Shown one piece after another: positions 53,466 through 64,000 of a stretch of DNA of 64,000 nt. The notes beneath the pieces were generated by a model. It was not told the DNA's origin. It saw only the letters and a program-made list of their open reading frames with translations, and did not search any database. The stretch is from NCBI GenBank assembly GCA_963825135.1, contig CAWGRW010000009.1, forward strand, positions 1,184,001-1,248,000, written 5' to 3'. The stretch is from an uncultured bacterium (GTDB lineage: Bacteria; Desulfobacterota_D; UBA1144; Nemesobacterales; UBA2774). Within the stretch, counting starts at the first letter, position 1. Each line of letters begins with the position of its first letter. A program made the translations under genes and the position numbers.

Positions 53466-54479
53466 TCAGCTGCCGGGCCGCGCTTTTCCCTTCCCGCCCT
53501 CTGATGCCTGTGCGGATTTTTTTTGTTTCCGGTTTTGACCACGGCCGTTTGTCTCCTTTTTCCCGGGATCGTATCCCTTTATCTCGAGGGTCAGTATGTC
53601 GGGCCTCGAAAAATGACCGACGCCGTCGATAACCGCTTTGGAGCGTATTATCATATCCATGTCTATATCCGCGTAGACTATGTCTTCCCTGCCGTACACG
53701 GGTCCAGCCAGGTATTCCCCCCTGGGGCTGATTATTCCGCTTCCGCCGGGGTAGTCCCACATCGTGTGTTTTTTAAGCGGAAAGCTGTCGGGGATCATGT
53801 CCTCCGTAATGTGTCCTGAAGACGCGATGACGAACACCTGTCCCTCAAACGCATACTCGCGGCTCGCGAAATCCATCGTCGGCTTTACGAACCCGTGCCC
53901 TGCCCAGAGCCCGGCGTGTATCTGCTCCCCCTTCATGAACATCGCGTATTTCGCAAGCGTCATGTGGTGCTCGTAGCAGAAGAACCCCCCGACCTTGCCG
54001 ACTTCCGTATCGAACACGCGGAGGTCCTCGGCGCCCCCGTTCCCCCATATGCATTTCTCGCTGTCAATGGACATGAGCTTCCTGTGCTTTCCCAGGACTG
54101 CGCCCTGCTTGTCGATGTATAAGATTGTATTGTAAAGCGTCCCGCCGTCCCTCTCGTTTACCCCGAGGACGACGTACGCGCCCGCCTTCTTCGCGGCCTC
54201 GCACAGCTTGTCGGTATCGGCCCCCGGTATCTCGACCGAGTTTTTATATAGCTCCGTGTACGCGTCGAGCACGAGCTTCCTCCCCTCTCCGGTCCCTATG
54301 TCCTTGGGCCAGTAGGGGTAGCAGGGGATCATAGCCTCGGGGAAAACTATCAGGCTCGCCCCGTTCCCTGCCGCCTCCTCGATCAGGCTCGCGATCTTCC
54401 CGATTGTTTCGACCTTGTTCAGAAACACGGGGGCAGCCTGAACCGCCGCCGCCGTGAACTTCCTGTTTTCGCTGTCCAT
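53466..54479 (-). CDS. Nitrilase / carbon-nitrogen hydrolase
   Basis: FPE, HRKL, CYEH catalytic triad; GHFSRPD. Confidence 0.92.
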   Translation of the reverse strand: MDSENRKFTAAAVQAAPVFLNKVETIGKIASLIEEAAGNGASLIVFPEAMIPCYPYWPKDIGTGEGRKLVLDAYTELYKNSVEIPGADTDKLCEAAKKAGAYVVLGVNERDGGTLYNTILYIDKQGAVLGKHRKLMSIDSEKCIWGNGGAEDLRVFDTEVGKVGGFFCYEHHMTLAKYAMFMKGEQIHAGLWAGHGFVKPTMDFASREYAFEGQVFVIASSGHITEDMIPDSFPLKKHTMWDYPGGSGIISPRGEYLAGPVYGREDIVYADIDMDMIIRSKAVIDGVGHFSRPDILTLEIKGYDPGKKETNGRGQNRKQKKSAQASEGGKGKARPGS

Positions 54480-54585
54480 TTGTGCTTCTCTCCGTCTATG
54501 TGGTTATATCCCGAACCCCATTATCCCACGAACCCGAAGTCCCTGTCAACCGGGCAAAAACGTCACAGGGAACCGCGCGAATCGC

Positions 54586-55461
54586 TCAAAGCCCCGGCCT
54601 GATTTCCCCGGCGAAATCCCTGAGCGTTGTCAGGATTCCTTTATAATCCCCCGCCAGTATATATAGTACAAGGTGCTCGACGCCTGCGTCCCCGTATTCG
54701 CGGATGCCCTTTATTATTTTTTCCCTTCCCCCGCGGAGCGTGTCCTCAGCGCTAAATTCCCTGTCGCCGTTTATCTCGATGTTTCTTCTGAGCGAGAGGA
54801 CAAAGCCTTCTTTCTTCCCGCCCGGGAGGAGGCTTATCAGATTTTCCGCCCTCTCTCGGTACGCCCCGGGCGTGAGCCCGACGGGGTGCCACCCGTCGCC
54901 GTATTTAACCGCTCGCTTCACGGCCCGTGCGCTCTCCCCGCCGATCCATAAGGGCGGATGCGGTTTCCGGACAGGTCTGGGCTCAAACTTTATATCCGAG
55001 AATTCGAGGTACTTTCCTTTGAAACGCGGGTTCTTGCTCGTCCATAGCTCCTTCAGGATTTCTATGTACTCGTCGGTGACGGGGCCGCGCTCCTCAAAAG
55101 AGACGCCCAGCGCGTCGAATTCGTCCTCGAGCCACCCGGCGCCGATGCCCAGGATAACCCTCCCCCCGGAAAGCGTATCGAGCGTGGAGACCATCTTGGC
55201 GAGCACGAGGGGGTTCCTGTAGGGGAGGATGAGCACACTCGTTCCGAGCTCTATACTGTCCGTATTTGCCGCTATATAGGTGAGCGTGATCAGGGGGTCG
55301 AGAAACGTATCGCCGAACACTTTGTGGGAGCCGGGGATAACTACGTGGTCACTTACCCAGAGCGAGTCGTAACCGAGCTCTTCGGCCAGCACAGAGATCT
55401 CAAGTATTTGTTTCCGGTCGGCGTAAGCGCCGAAATTGGGGACCGCTATGCCGAATTTCAT
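54586..55461 (-). CDS. LLM-class (putatively F420-dependent) oxidoreductase
   Basis: SLWVSDH, LGTSVLILPYRNP, GIGAGW, WIGG, DGWHP. Confidence 0.9.
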   Translation of the reverse strand: MKFGIAVPNFGAYADRKQILEISVLAEELGYDSLWVSDHVVIPGSHKVFGDTFLDPLITLTYIAANTDSIELGTSVLILPYRNPLVLAKMVSTLDTLSGGRVILGIGAGWLEDEFDALGVSFEERGPVTDEYIEILKELWTSKNPRFKGKYLEFSDIKFEPRPVRKPHPPLWIGGESARAVKRAVKYGDGWHPVGLTPGAYRERAENLISLLPGGKKEGFVLSLRRNIEINGDREFSAEDTLRGGREKIIKGIREYGDAGVEHLVLYILAGDYKGILTTLRDFAGEIRPGL

Positions 55462-55505
55462 ATACTACATATTACCATCCCTGCGCGGGACAATAATAAG
55501 GACAT

Positions 55506-56253
55506 TCAGGTATTTCGGGCGAGCAGCACGCTCTCTCCCTTGAGATAGCTTTTGAAATTCAGCACCTTTTTCACATATACTGATCGTGTTTTATCCGAGT
55601 TCTGAGTCTTTTCGAAGTTCGCAGGGCCGAAATTATAGGCGTCGAGCGCGCTCTCCGTGGAATCGTACCGTTCCGTAAGCAATGACAGATAATGGATGCC
55701 GAGCTTCACGTTGATGAACGGGTCGTAGAGTGATTTCCTTCCGTTATAATCAATTCCCATTTCCTTGGCCATGAATTCGCCCGTGCCGGGCATTACCTGC
55801 ATGAGTCCGATTGCGCCTTTCTTTGATAATGCTTTGGGCGAGAATTCGCTCTCTACCTGAATGACAGCGAGTACGAGGTAAGGGTCGAGCTTGTCGTAAT
55901 TGCCGCATTCCTCGACGATCAGCTTCGCCAGTTTGCGGGCGTTTGGCGCGTCTATCGAATCCGACAGCCTCATTATGAAGTAGTATATTTCCGCTTCCTG
56001 GAGATTCATGTCTTCAATACCCGGTTCGATCACCCCTATTCCCCCTGGCTCCCCGGTCGGCAATCCCTTCACCAACAATTCACCTCCGCCCGTATTTACG
56101 AGCAAGCCCGCGAATGCGGGGTTGTCGTCCATCGAGAGATATTCCGATTTGCAGAAGAATAATATTGAGAAACAGAAGAAAAGAAGGAATAAAGTCGCCT
56201 TAACAGAGTCCTGCAAAAGAAAACACAAAGAAATCGTAGATATTCTGAATCAT
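55506..56253 (-). CDS. Lytic transglycosylase (SLT domain), probable frameshift near 56220
   Basis: VESEF, GAIGLMQV, AYNFG; strong GAGGAG RBS and ATG at 56253 are one base out of frame across a T run. Confidence 0.88.
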
Positions 56254-56809
56254 GTATTTACTCCTCGCTGTGGGGGATTAAAACAATAAAGACGGTCAGC
56301 GTATTTGGAACGGTTATTTAGGTCGTATTGCTTTTAGAGTGTGTTCAGACCCCGTTTTAAATTAGCTTTCTCGTTCGAAGTACTTAAACGACTCGAAATC
56401 CGCTATGAATGCTTCCTTAACTGTCTTTGCGGCGTCAATCGGCTCGTCGGTATAATCATTTACCTCAAACGGTATATTTTCTTTAAAACGATTCTTTTCA
56501 AGTATTCCCATTTAGTTTTACAATTTCTACAACTTTTTGTTTTCAGGATAGATACTATAAGCCCCGAAAGCCCCTTGTCAAGAATTTCTTTCGCATATGC
56601 GTACTGCGGAGACCCCAGAATCGGGCTTATTTTGGAGTGATGCCACTACGTTATATTGCAATTGCTAACAATTTTGCCCGATTGTGTTATGCCGGACTAC
56701 AGACGCTTATTACGGTCCCCCGGGGGGCAATCTGGAAATAAGCATCGGTTGAGACCGGCCATGATTCCTTGACCGTAAAAACATTTCGTGTTAGGTTTTA
56801 GGGCGCATT

Positions 56810-56959
56810 ATGAAAAGAACTTTTCAACCTCACGAAAAAAAGAGATTACGGGTGCATGGGTTTCGCGAACGGATGAGCACAAAGGGCGGAAGGCGCACTC
56901 TCAAGAGACGGATAGCAAAGGGCAGGCGCAGTCTCACGGTGCAGCGCTGGAAGAAATGA
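56810..56959 (+). CDS. rpmH: 50S ribosomal protein L34 (not in ORF track)
   Basis: [49 protein letters not shown]. Confidence 0.97.
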   Translation: MKRTFQPHEKKRLRVHGFRERMSTKGGRRTLKRRIAKGRRSLTVQRWKK

Positions 56960-57309
56960 ACTGTGTGGTGAGTTTATCTTTCCCAAAAGAATTAAAAATC
57001 CGTACAAACTCTGAATACGAAGAGATTTTTGGGAAGAGCAAAAGGCTCAGTACAGAGCATTTTAACATACTCTGCGCTCCAAATTCGCTCGGCTATCCCC
57101 GGCTTGGGCTTGTGGTAGGCAAAAAAGCGGTGCCCGGGGCCGTGGAGAGAAACCGCATCAAGAGGGTTCTAAGGGAAGTTTTCAGGCTGAACAAATCCCT
57201 CTTCGGATCGATGGACGTGGTTTTTGTGGCCAGGAAAGGCAGCGAAAAGCTCGATTACTCTCTCGCGAAGACGGAGATCGAGAAAACAGTCGGGTCTAAA
57301 TTATCATGA
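56956..57309 (+). CDS. rnpA: Ribonuclease P protein component
   Basis: [26 protein letters not shown] overlap with rpmH. Confidence 0.95.
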   Translation: MNCVVSLSFPKELKIRTNSEYEEIFGKSKRLSTEHFNILCAPNSLGYPRLGLVVGKKAVPGAVERNRIKRVLREVFRLNKSLFGSMDVVFVARKGSEKLDYSLAKTEIEKTVGSKLS

Positions 57310-57530
57310 TTTCGAATTTATTAGTGTATCTGGCTACCTCGCTGATCAAGGTTTACAAATATGCGATTTCACCTATTTTGCCCTCTTCTTGCAGATTCTA
57401 TCCAAGCTGTTCAGAGTACGCGATAGACGCCCTGAAGAAATACGGACTCTTAAAGGGTTCATGGCTTACTCTTAAAAGGATCGCGAGATGTCACCCGTTG
57501 AGCGCCGGCGGACATGATCCGGTTCGGTAA
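57306..57530 (+). CDS. yidD: Membrane protein insertion efficiency factor
   Basis: [20 protein letters not shown]. Confidence 0.96.
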   Translation: MISNLLVYLATSLIKVYKYAISPILPSSCRFYPSCSEYAIDALKKYGLLKGSWLTLKRIARCHPLSAGGHDPVR

Positions 57531-57541
57531 AGGACGAGTGG

Positions 57542-59224
57542 ATGACCGACAACAAAATCAATACTATCCTATTTTTCGTATTATCCATTTTAATTTTTTT
57601 CGGATATACGTATTTCTTTTCCACCCCGGACAAGAAGCAGGTTAAGAAACCGGCGGGTGAGCAGGTATCCGTCGAGGCCTCTCCCGCGCCGGGCTCCGAG
57701 GGCTCGGGAAATGCTGAAGACTTTCAGGATCGGGCCGATTCCGACAACATCCATCTTTCCCCGGAAGGCAGGCTTATTTCCATTGACACCCCTCTGTATC
57801 ACGGCGTTATAGATACGGCCGGCGGAAGGATATACAAGTGGGAACTGAAAAAATTCACCGAAGCCGCCAACAGCAGCGTCCCCGTAAATCTTTTTAAGGA
57901 TGCTCCTCCGGGGTTCAGCACATTATTAAGGATGCAGGGCTACACTGTGCCCGAGCTCATTCCGTTCGAATACGCGGGGCAGGAAAATATTACGGTAACT
58001 GACGGGACCGCGGAGCTTGTGCTTTCCTGGAAATCCGCCGAGGGCGTCAGCGTAAAGAAAATATACGGTATCGATTCCTCGAGCTACGTATTAAAACAAA
58101 GGTTTGAAGTGACCAATCCCGGTACTGCGCCAATACAACAGAAGCTAGATATCAAGTGGTTCGGCAAAGTCGAGGAGCACGGCAGGGGCGGGAATACCAT
58201 GAGCTTCGCCGCGCTCGTTTCAGACGGTGTTAAGATTCTGAATAAGAGACCGAAGGAGCCCCGGAGTTATGACGGAGTAATAGATTGGTTTGGTTACTCC
58301 CAGAAATACTTCATTTCCAGCTTCCTTCCCGAAACGGGGGACACTACGACTATCAAATTGAGCCTGGTCGGGGACAAGAGTCTCGTGAAGGCTGTGTACA
58401 GCTATCCCGGAGACACTGTTCCGGCGGGAAAAACCTCGGTTAAGAACTGGGAGGTTTATCTCGGACCGCTCGAGTACGATACGTTAAAAGCCGTCGGTTC
58501 TAATCTGCAGGAATCGATTAACTACGGCTGGGTGGAGATAATCGCGAAGCCTCTCCTCGATTTTCTCAAGTGGCTCAACAGTTATCTGCACAATTACGGG
58601 ATTTCCATAATCGTAATCACGATTATAATGAGGCTGATTTTCCTTCCCCTCACCATCAAGAGCATGGTTTCCATGAAGCAGGTGCAGATCAAGATGGAAA
58701 AAATCAAGCCCAAGATGGACGCGCTGAAAGAGAAATATAAAGATGATAAAGCCAAGCAGAATTCGGAGCTTATGAAGCTTTATTCGAGTCACGGCGTCAA
58801 CCCCCTGAGCAGCCTCGGGGGCTGTCTCCCGATGCTCATTCAGCTGCCCGTTTTCATAGCTCTATACGACGTGTTCCTTCATTCCATAGACCTCAGACAC
58901 AGCTCCTTCCTCTGGATCACCGACCTGTCGGAACCGGAGCATTTATTCAACCTGCCGGGTATAGGGATTCCTTTCAGGATACTCCCCCTCATCATGGGCG
59001 TCTCGTGGTTCATCTCTCAGAAGATGACGCCGGTGGCGCCGAGCACCGGGAATGAAAATATGCAGATGCAGATGAAAATGATGCAATTTATGCCTATAAT
59101 TTTCACTGTGATGTTTTGGGGATTGCCTTCGGGCTTGATACTATATTGGACGGTTAGCAATATACTTTCGATAGGTCAGCAGATCTACGTCAACCGTCTG
59201 GTAAACACTCCTAAAGGAGGATGA
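57542..59224 (+). CDS. yidC: Membrane protein insertase
   Basis: NYGISII, GGCLPMLIQLPVF, WITDLS, PSGLILYW. Confidence 0.97.
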   Translation: MTDNKINTILFFVLSILIFFGYTYFFSTPDKKQVKKPAGEQVSVEASPAPGSEGSGNAEDFQDRADSDNIHLSPEGRLISIDTPLYHGVIDTAGGRIYKWELKKFTEAANSSVPVNLFKDAPPGFSTLLRMQGYTVPELIPFEYAGQENITVTDGTAELVLSWKSAEGVSVKKIYGIDSSSYVLKQRFEVTNPGTAPIQQKLDIKWFGKVEEHGRGGNTMSFAALVSDGVKILNKRPKEPRSYDGVIDWFGYSQKYFISSFLPETGDTTTIKLSLVGDKSLVKAVYSYPGDTVPAGKTSVKNWEVYLGPLEYDTLKAVGSNLQESINYGWVEIIAKPLLDFLKWLNSYLHNYGISIIVITIIMRLIFLPLTIKSMVSMKQVQIKMEKIKPKMDALKEKYKDDKAKQNSELMKLYSSHGVNPLSSLGGCLPMLIQLPVFIALYDVFLHSIDLRHSSFLWITDLSEPEHLFNLPGIGIPFRILPLIMGVSWFISQKMTPVAPSTGNENMQMQMKMMQFMPIIFTVMFWGLPSGLILYWTVSNILSIGQQIYVNRLVNTPKGG

Positions 59225-59874
59225 TCATGGGAATAGTAATTGAACGTGAGGGGAAGACTGTAACGGATGCGGCCATAAGCGCTTGCGAGGAGCTCGGCGT
59301 TCCCAGGAGCGAAGTCGATATAGAGGTGCTTGAGGAGGGCTCCAAAGGGGTTTTCGGGATAGGGAGCAGGAATGCCAAGATCAGAGTCAAGGTAAAGAAC
59401 GAAAACCTTAGCGAGAAGGGATTAAGGTCGAAAAAAGCCCTGGAAGAAATACTTAACTATCTCGTTCCCACATTTTCAGTCGCCCTCAAAGAGAGCTCTG
59501 AAAAAATCAGGCTCGACATCAAGGATACCAATGACAAGGGCCTACTCATAGGGAAAAGGGGAGAAATGATTAAATCCCTCGAGTACGTTGTGGGAAAGAT
59601 CGCCGGGCGGAACTGTGATGACGGCCGGGATAAAAGGGTTGCGATAGATGTGGACGGTTACAAGAGACGGAGAGAGGACGACATCTCGAAACTCGTGAAG
59701 GAAACGGCAAAGAGAGTGAGGAAGATGAAAAAGCCCGTATCGCTTGATCCGATGTCGGCTTCGGAGAGGAGGATAGCTTATTTAACCCTCAAACGGGAAG
59801 GGGGAGTAAGCTATGAAACCAAAATCGAGCAGGACGAGAAGAGGATAATAATAACGCCGCTGACCAAGGAATAG
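59221..59874 (+). CDS. jag: RNA-binding protein Jag/EloR (Jag_N, KH, R3H-like)
   Basis: GKTVTDAA, EEGSKGVFGIG, LIGKRGE, PMSASERRI; position after yidC. Confidence 0.92.
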   Translation: MIMGIVIEREGKTVTDAAISACEELGVPRSEVDIEVLEEGSKGVFGIGSRNAKIRVKVKNENLSEKGLRSKKALEEILNYLVPTFSVALKESSEKIRLDIKDTNDKGLLIGKRGEMIKSLEYVVGKIAGRNCDDGRDKRVAIDVDGYKRRREDDISKLVKETAKRVRKMKKPVSLDPMSASERRIAYLTLKREGGVSYETKIEQDEKRIIITPLTKE

Positions 59875-59954
59875 GCCGGAAGCCAGGCTCGGACAGGGAT
59901 TTTGTATAATATATCTCTATCTTAATATTCAGCCCCTATCTACAGGAGGAAAAA

Positions 59955-60272
59955 ATGACAAAAGAGAAACCTTCGAAAACAGAAGATGAATATTTTGCCA
60001 GGGAAGAGGCGGAGAAGTCGAAAAGGTTAAAAGAAAAGCTGCACCATGAAACCGAGGAAGAGGAGAGGGAGAGGATCAAGACGACATGCTTCATGAGATG
60101 CCCCAAATGCGGCGGTAATCTCCATGAAGTGACTTTCAGGGGCATCAGTATCGACAGGTGCAGTGGCTGCGGCGGGGTGTGGCTCGACAACGGAGAGCTT
60201 GAGAAGCTGGCCGGCACGGAAGACAAGAGCGCTATATCCGATGTGCTCAGCTTTTTCAGCGGGAAGAAATGA
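59955..60272 (+). CDS. zf-TFIIB zinc-ribbon protein
   Basis: EDEYF, CPKC, IDRCSGCGGVWLDNGELE. Confidence 0.88.
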   Translation: MTKEKPSKTEDEYFAREEAEKSKRLKEKLHHETEEEERERIKTTCFMRCPKCGGNLHEVTFRGISIDRCSGCGGVWLDNGELEKLAGTEDKSAISDVLSFFSGKK

Positions 60273-60283
60273 GCTAACGTTAA

Positions 60284-60746
60284 TTACTTCCTGAGTGTCT
60301 TGAAAAAATCCTTGAGAAGGCTTGAGCATTCTTCCATACAAACGCCCTTCAGTAACTTCAACCGTGTGGTTCAGCCTGCGGTCGCTCCCGATGTCGTAAA
60401 CCGAAAAAACCGCCCCGGCCTTGGGGTCCCTCGCGCCGAACACGAGCCTGCCGATTCTGGCGAGTATTATAGCGCCCAAACACATTAGGCAGGGCTCGAT
60501 CGTAACATATATGGTCATCCCTTCGAGCCTCCAGCTCCCGGATACTTCGCCTGCTTTCTTTACGGCGATTATTTCGGCGTGGGCTGTGGGGTCGTTTGCT
60601 GCTTCGCGGAGGTTATAACCGCTTGAAACGACGTCACCCGATTCATCGGTTACGACGGCGCCTATGGGGACCTCGCCAATGCGCCCGGCTATTTGTGCTT
60701 GTTCAATAGCCAGGCGCATGAGTTTCTCGTCGTCGGTGTATTTCAT
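60284..60746 (-). CDS. tadA: tRNA adenosine(34) deaminase, frameshift near 60346
   Basis: GEVPIGA, HAE, EPCLMC, DPKAGA; expected end GVCMEECSSLLKDFFKTLRK* lies in the adjacent frame (uncorrected ORF runs to 60027). Confidence 0.93.
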
Positions 60747-60781
60747 TTAATGGCGAAGCGGAATAAATATCGGAAAGTTAC

Positions 60782-62509
60782 TTATTTCCGTGCGCTGAAT
60801 TTAAGTCCTGTCTTGCTCCTGTCCCAGGTCTTTTCCGTTATTTCCTTAATCTCCGCGACTTTGATTTTCTGAGTGGCGGTCACGGGGAACCCGTTCTCAT
60901 ACACCTCGATAAACCTCGGGACCATGGCTACCATTACCCTCTCGGCCATCCACTTCGAGAACTCGATCGGGTCGAACTCCTCCCCCTGCCTGATCGTGAC
61001 ATTGAGCTTGATCTCGTCGTCCGATACGTTGGGCAGTCTTATGCCAACCGCTACGGCCTCCTGTATGGCCGGGTACTGTATCGCGAAGTCCTGAACCGCT
61101 ATCGGGTCCACGTTCTCTCCCGATACCCTTATCCTGCTGAATCTCCCGACGAAGTAATACCTTCCGTCTATACCTCTCGCGAACAGGTCGTCGGAGTTGA
61201 AGAAACCGTCGTCGTCGAAGGCCTCCCTCGTCCTCCTTTCGTCCTTGAAGTATTCATTAAGAGTGGTATGCGGCACGAGCGGCTTGACGTACAGCAGTCC
61301 CTTCGCCTCATCGGGCGGTGTCGGGTCTTCATACGGGTTCCAGAAGGGGCGCATTACCTTGCTCTGGTCCTGCGGATCCCTGAGCTCTACATAATACCCC
61401 TCCATAGAGAATCCGGACGAGCCGGGGCGGTGGTCCTCAGGGTCCTTCCAGAGCACCATTCCCATTTCCGTAGAGCCGTATCCGTCGATTACCCTCACCC
61501 CGAACCTCTCCTGAAACTCCTGAAGGTTTCTGGGAGCGGGGGATCCGAGCATGATCCTTACTTTATGCTTTCTGTCCCACTCGCCTGGCTCCGCGGCCCA
61601 CAGATACTCCGCGAGGGCCCCGAGCATGTTAACGCAGTTGGCGCCGCACCCCGCGGCCCATTTCCAGAAGCTCGACGCCGAAAAACGCGGGAAAAACACG
61701 GCCGTCGCGCCCGCGCCCATGGCACTGAACAAACACATGACCTGCGCGTTCGCGTGGCCGAGCGAAAGCACGCTCATGAGAACGTCTTCGCTCCTCACGC
61801 CCTGCTGCTGGAGATAAGCGCGGACCGTCAATACGACTCCCCCGTGGTCTCTCGCGACACCCTTGGGCATCCCTGTTGTGCCGGAGGTGAACATGCACCT
61901 TTCCATATCGTGAGTCGTTACCTTTACCCCGGGATTCTTGGCGGGGAATTTATCGAAGGTTGAAAACGGTAGTGTCTTTATTCCCCCGATATCCGCCGGA
62001 ACCTTCGCCGGGTCGCCGGTTATGAATATGACACGGAGGTTCTTTATATCCTTGGCGATTTCTTCGATGAAAGGCAAGCTCCCGGGATCGAGAATCAGCA
62101 CCACCATCTCGGAATAATTGATGACGTAGGCGAGCCTCTCGCCCTTTTCGTCCTTATTGATCGGGACCTGCACGGCCCCCGTCTTATGAACTGCGATGAT
62201 GGAGGCAACATACTCGGAGCAGTTGATCATATACATTCCGACCTTGTCGCCTTTCTTAACGCCGAATTCGTCTTTGAGGCCGTTTGCTACCCTGTTGGCC
62301 CATTCGTTCGTCTGCTTGTACGAATAACTCTCGACTATCTCCCCCTCGCCGTTGCCTACTCGAAACATGGTTTTATCAGGAAATTGCTCCGCTCCCATTT
62401 CCAGACATTTGGTGACAGGCTTCCATTCCGCGGTATTGTCGAATGTACCGAACGGGAGTGTTCCCTTGCCCAGATATTTTACGTCACGGGGTTTGAATAA
62501 TAAAAGCAT
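60782..62509 (-). CDS. AMP-forming acyl-CoA ligase (CaiC-like)
   Basis: FTSGTTGMPKG, GYGSTE, SGENV, TATQKI. Confidence 0.9.
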   Translation of the reverse strand: MLLLFKPRDVKYLGKGTLPFGTFDNTAEWKPVTKCLEMGAEQFPDKTMFRVGNGEGEIVESYSYKQTNEWANRVANGLKDEFGVKKGDKVGMYMINCSEYVASIIAVHKTGAVQVPINKDEKGERLAYVINYSEMVVLILDPGSLPFIEEIAKDIKNLRVIFITGDPAKVPADIGGIKTLPFSTFDKFPAKNPGVKVTTHDMERCMFTSGTTGMPKGVARDHGGVVLTVRAYLQQQGVRSEDVLMSVLSLGHANAQVMCLFSAMGAGATAVFFPRFSASSFWKWAAGCGANCVNMLGALAEYLWAAEPGEWDRKHKVRIMLGSPAPRNLQEFQERFGVRVIDGYGSTEMGMVLWKDPEDHRPGSSGFSMEGYYVELRDPQDQSKVMRPFWNPYEDPTPPDEAKGLLYVKPLVPHTTLNEYFKDERRTREAFDDDGFFNSDDLFARGIDGRYYFVGRFSRIRVSGENVDPIAVQDFAIQYPAIQEAVAVGIRLPNVSDDEIKLNVTIRQGEEFDPIEFSKWMAERVMVAMVPRFIEVYENGFPVTATQKIKVAEIKEITEKTWDRSKTGLKFSARK

Positions 62510-62755
62510 AATAACCCTCCTTGTGGTGGCTTAATCGATTTCCAAGTGTTTCAGAAATTTAACCTTATTACAATAAGAAAATAGGAGAAATTTGTCAACC
62601 TGATCATCAGGTTGAAACCCGCGCCAAATATAATTAACAATTCAACTAAATGATTATTATCCTCGGGTATGTGCCGAATGCCCGGACCCCAATGATTTTG
62701 ACGGCTCGCGGGTTATGTATCGGCCCGTTCGGGTTAAGAAAGGTGAGGGCAACGA

Positions 62756-64000
62756 TTAACGGACCCGGAACTTGAGCCCCGTCTTATTCCTGTCCCAGGT
62801 GTTGTCGGTTAATTCCTTGATTTCAGCTACTCTGATCTTCTGCGTGGCTGTTACGGGGAACCCGCCTTCATATACCTCTATGAATCTCGGGACCATGAAG
62901 ACGGGCGCTTTTTCGGCCATCCACTTCGAGAACTCCGCGGGGTCGAACGCCTCTCCCTTTTTTAAAGTTATACTCAGCTTTATTTCATCGTCCGATACCT
63001 CGGGGAGCCTGACCCCAACGGCGACCGCCTCCTGGATAGACGGGTACTGGGCGGCTATGTCCTGAACGGCTATGGGGTCGACGTTCTCTCCGGACACCCT
63101 TATCCTGCTGAACCTCCCCTGAAAATAGTATCTTCCGTCGAGCCCCATCGCGAAGAGGTCGTCCGAATTAAAAAAGCCGTCGTCGTCAAACGCCTCCCTC
63201 GTCCGTCTCTCGTCCTTGAAGTACTCGTTAAGGGTGGTGTGCGGTATGAGCGGTTTTATAAAGAGAAGACCTTTGGCCTCGTCTGGCGGCCTAGGGCTTT
63301 CGGACGGGTCCCAGACCGGGCGCATAACCTTTGACGTATCCTGCGGGTCCCTGATCTCCACGTAATAGCCCTCCATCGGCCGGCCGGCTGAGCCGGGACG
63401 CAGGTCTTCGGGGTCGTTCCAGAGCACCATCCCCATCTCCGTCGAGCCGTACCCGTCTATCGCGCGCGTGTTGAAGCGCTCCTGGAATTCCTTGAGGTTT
63501 CGGGGCGCGGGCCCCGAGAGCACGATCCTTACCCCGTGCTTTCCGTCCCATTCGTCAGGCTCGGCCGACCACAGGTACTCGGCTACCGCGCCCAGCATGT
63601 TCACGCAGGTCGCCCCGCATTCGGCGGCCCACTTCCAGAAGCTCGACGCTGAAAACCGCGGGTAGAATACCGCGGTCGCTCCCGCGCCTATAGAGGCGAA
63701 AAGGCACATCACCTGCGAGTTTGCGTGCCCGAGAGTGAGTACGCTCATGAGGACGTCCTCACTCCTCACCCCCTGCTGTTGAATGTATCCCCGCACTGTC
63801 AGTATCACGCCGCCGTGGTTCCTCGATACGCCTTTCGGCATGCCGGTAGTGCCCGAGGTGAACATGCAGCGCTCGACATCCGAGGTCTTGACCTCGACGT
63901 CGGGGTTCTCGGGGGAAAACTCGCCAAAGCTCTTGAACGGAAGGGTCTTAATCCCCCCGGTTTTACCGGGGATATCATCGACTGCGCCTGTGACAAAGAT
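62756..64000 (-). CDS. AMP-forming acyl-CoA ligase paralogue, N-terminus beyond window
   Basis: FTSGTTGMPKG, GYGSTEMG; closely collinear with 60782-62509. Confidence 0.88.
   Translation of the reverse strand: MFVTGAVDDIPGKTGGIKTLPFKSFGEFSPENPDVEVKTSDVERCMFTSGTTGMPKGVSRNHGGVILTVRGYIQQQGVRSEDVLMSVLTLGHANSQVMCLFASIGAGATAVFYPRFSASSFWKWAAECGATCVNMLGAVAEYLWSAEPDEWDGKHGVRIVLSGPAPRNLKEFQERFNTRAIDGYGSTEMGMVLWNDPEDLRPGSAGRPMEGYYVEIRDPQDTSKVMRPVWDPSESPRPPDEAKGLLFIKPLIPHTTLNEYFKDERRTREAFDDDGFFNSDDLFAMGLDGRYYFQGRFSRIRVSGENVDPIAVQDIAAQYPSIQEAVAVGVRLPEVSDDEIKLSITLKKGEAFDPAEFSKWMAEKAPVFMVPRFIEVYEGGFPVTATQKIRVAEIKELTDNTWDRNKTGLKFRVR

Noticed and set aside
56788..56955. N-terminal extension of RnpA in the ORF track
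   Set aside because: This region encodes rpmH in another frame; rnpA starts at 56956.
60027..60283. Long C-terminal extension of TadA overlapping the zinc-ribbon gene
   Set aside because: Caused by one extra G near 60346; the normal TadA end and stop are in the adjacent frame.

Overview
Bacterial chromosomal window. The gene content is compatible with a Desulfobacterota/Dadabacteria-like organism, but that is only an inference. It is mostly housekeeping genes: typA, leuS, thiE, thrC, rsmA, an acyl-CoA carboxylase set, coaE, gltX, pncB, rpmH-rnpA-yidD-yidC-jag, tadA and two tandem CoA ligases. An accessory-rich left half contains (i) a copper-handling operon (outer-membrane barrel, CopC, CopD, PCuAC) behind a short leader ORF ending in an RSPP putative ribosome-arrest motif, (ii) a nine-gene surface-glycan modification cluster, and (iii) an integration hotspot at tRNA-Arg(CCG). 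The top candidate for a new system is a ~2.3-kb integrase-less element bounded by a perfect 49-bp duplication of the tRNA 3' end. It has tandem TGGACAC arm-like sites near both ends and carries only an overlapping HEPN-motif + HNH nuclease gene pair (putative anti-phage module). Nearby are a tRNA-Arg(CCT) 3'-half scar, an IS3 relic and attC-like motifs. Two GATCC-N16-CGTA ECF promoters precede a fasciclin gene, and the distal one may drive an sRNA. About ten single-base frameshifts, five of them in the essential leuS, are most likely assembly errors.
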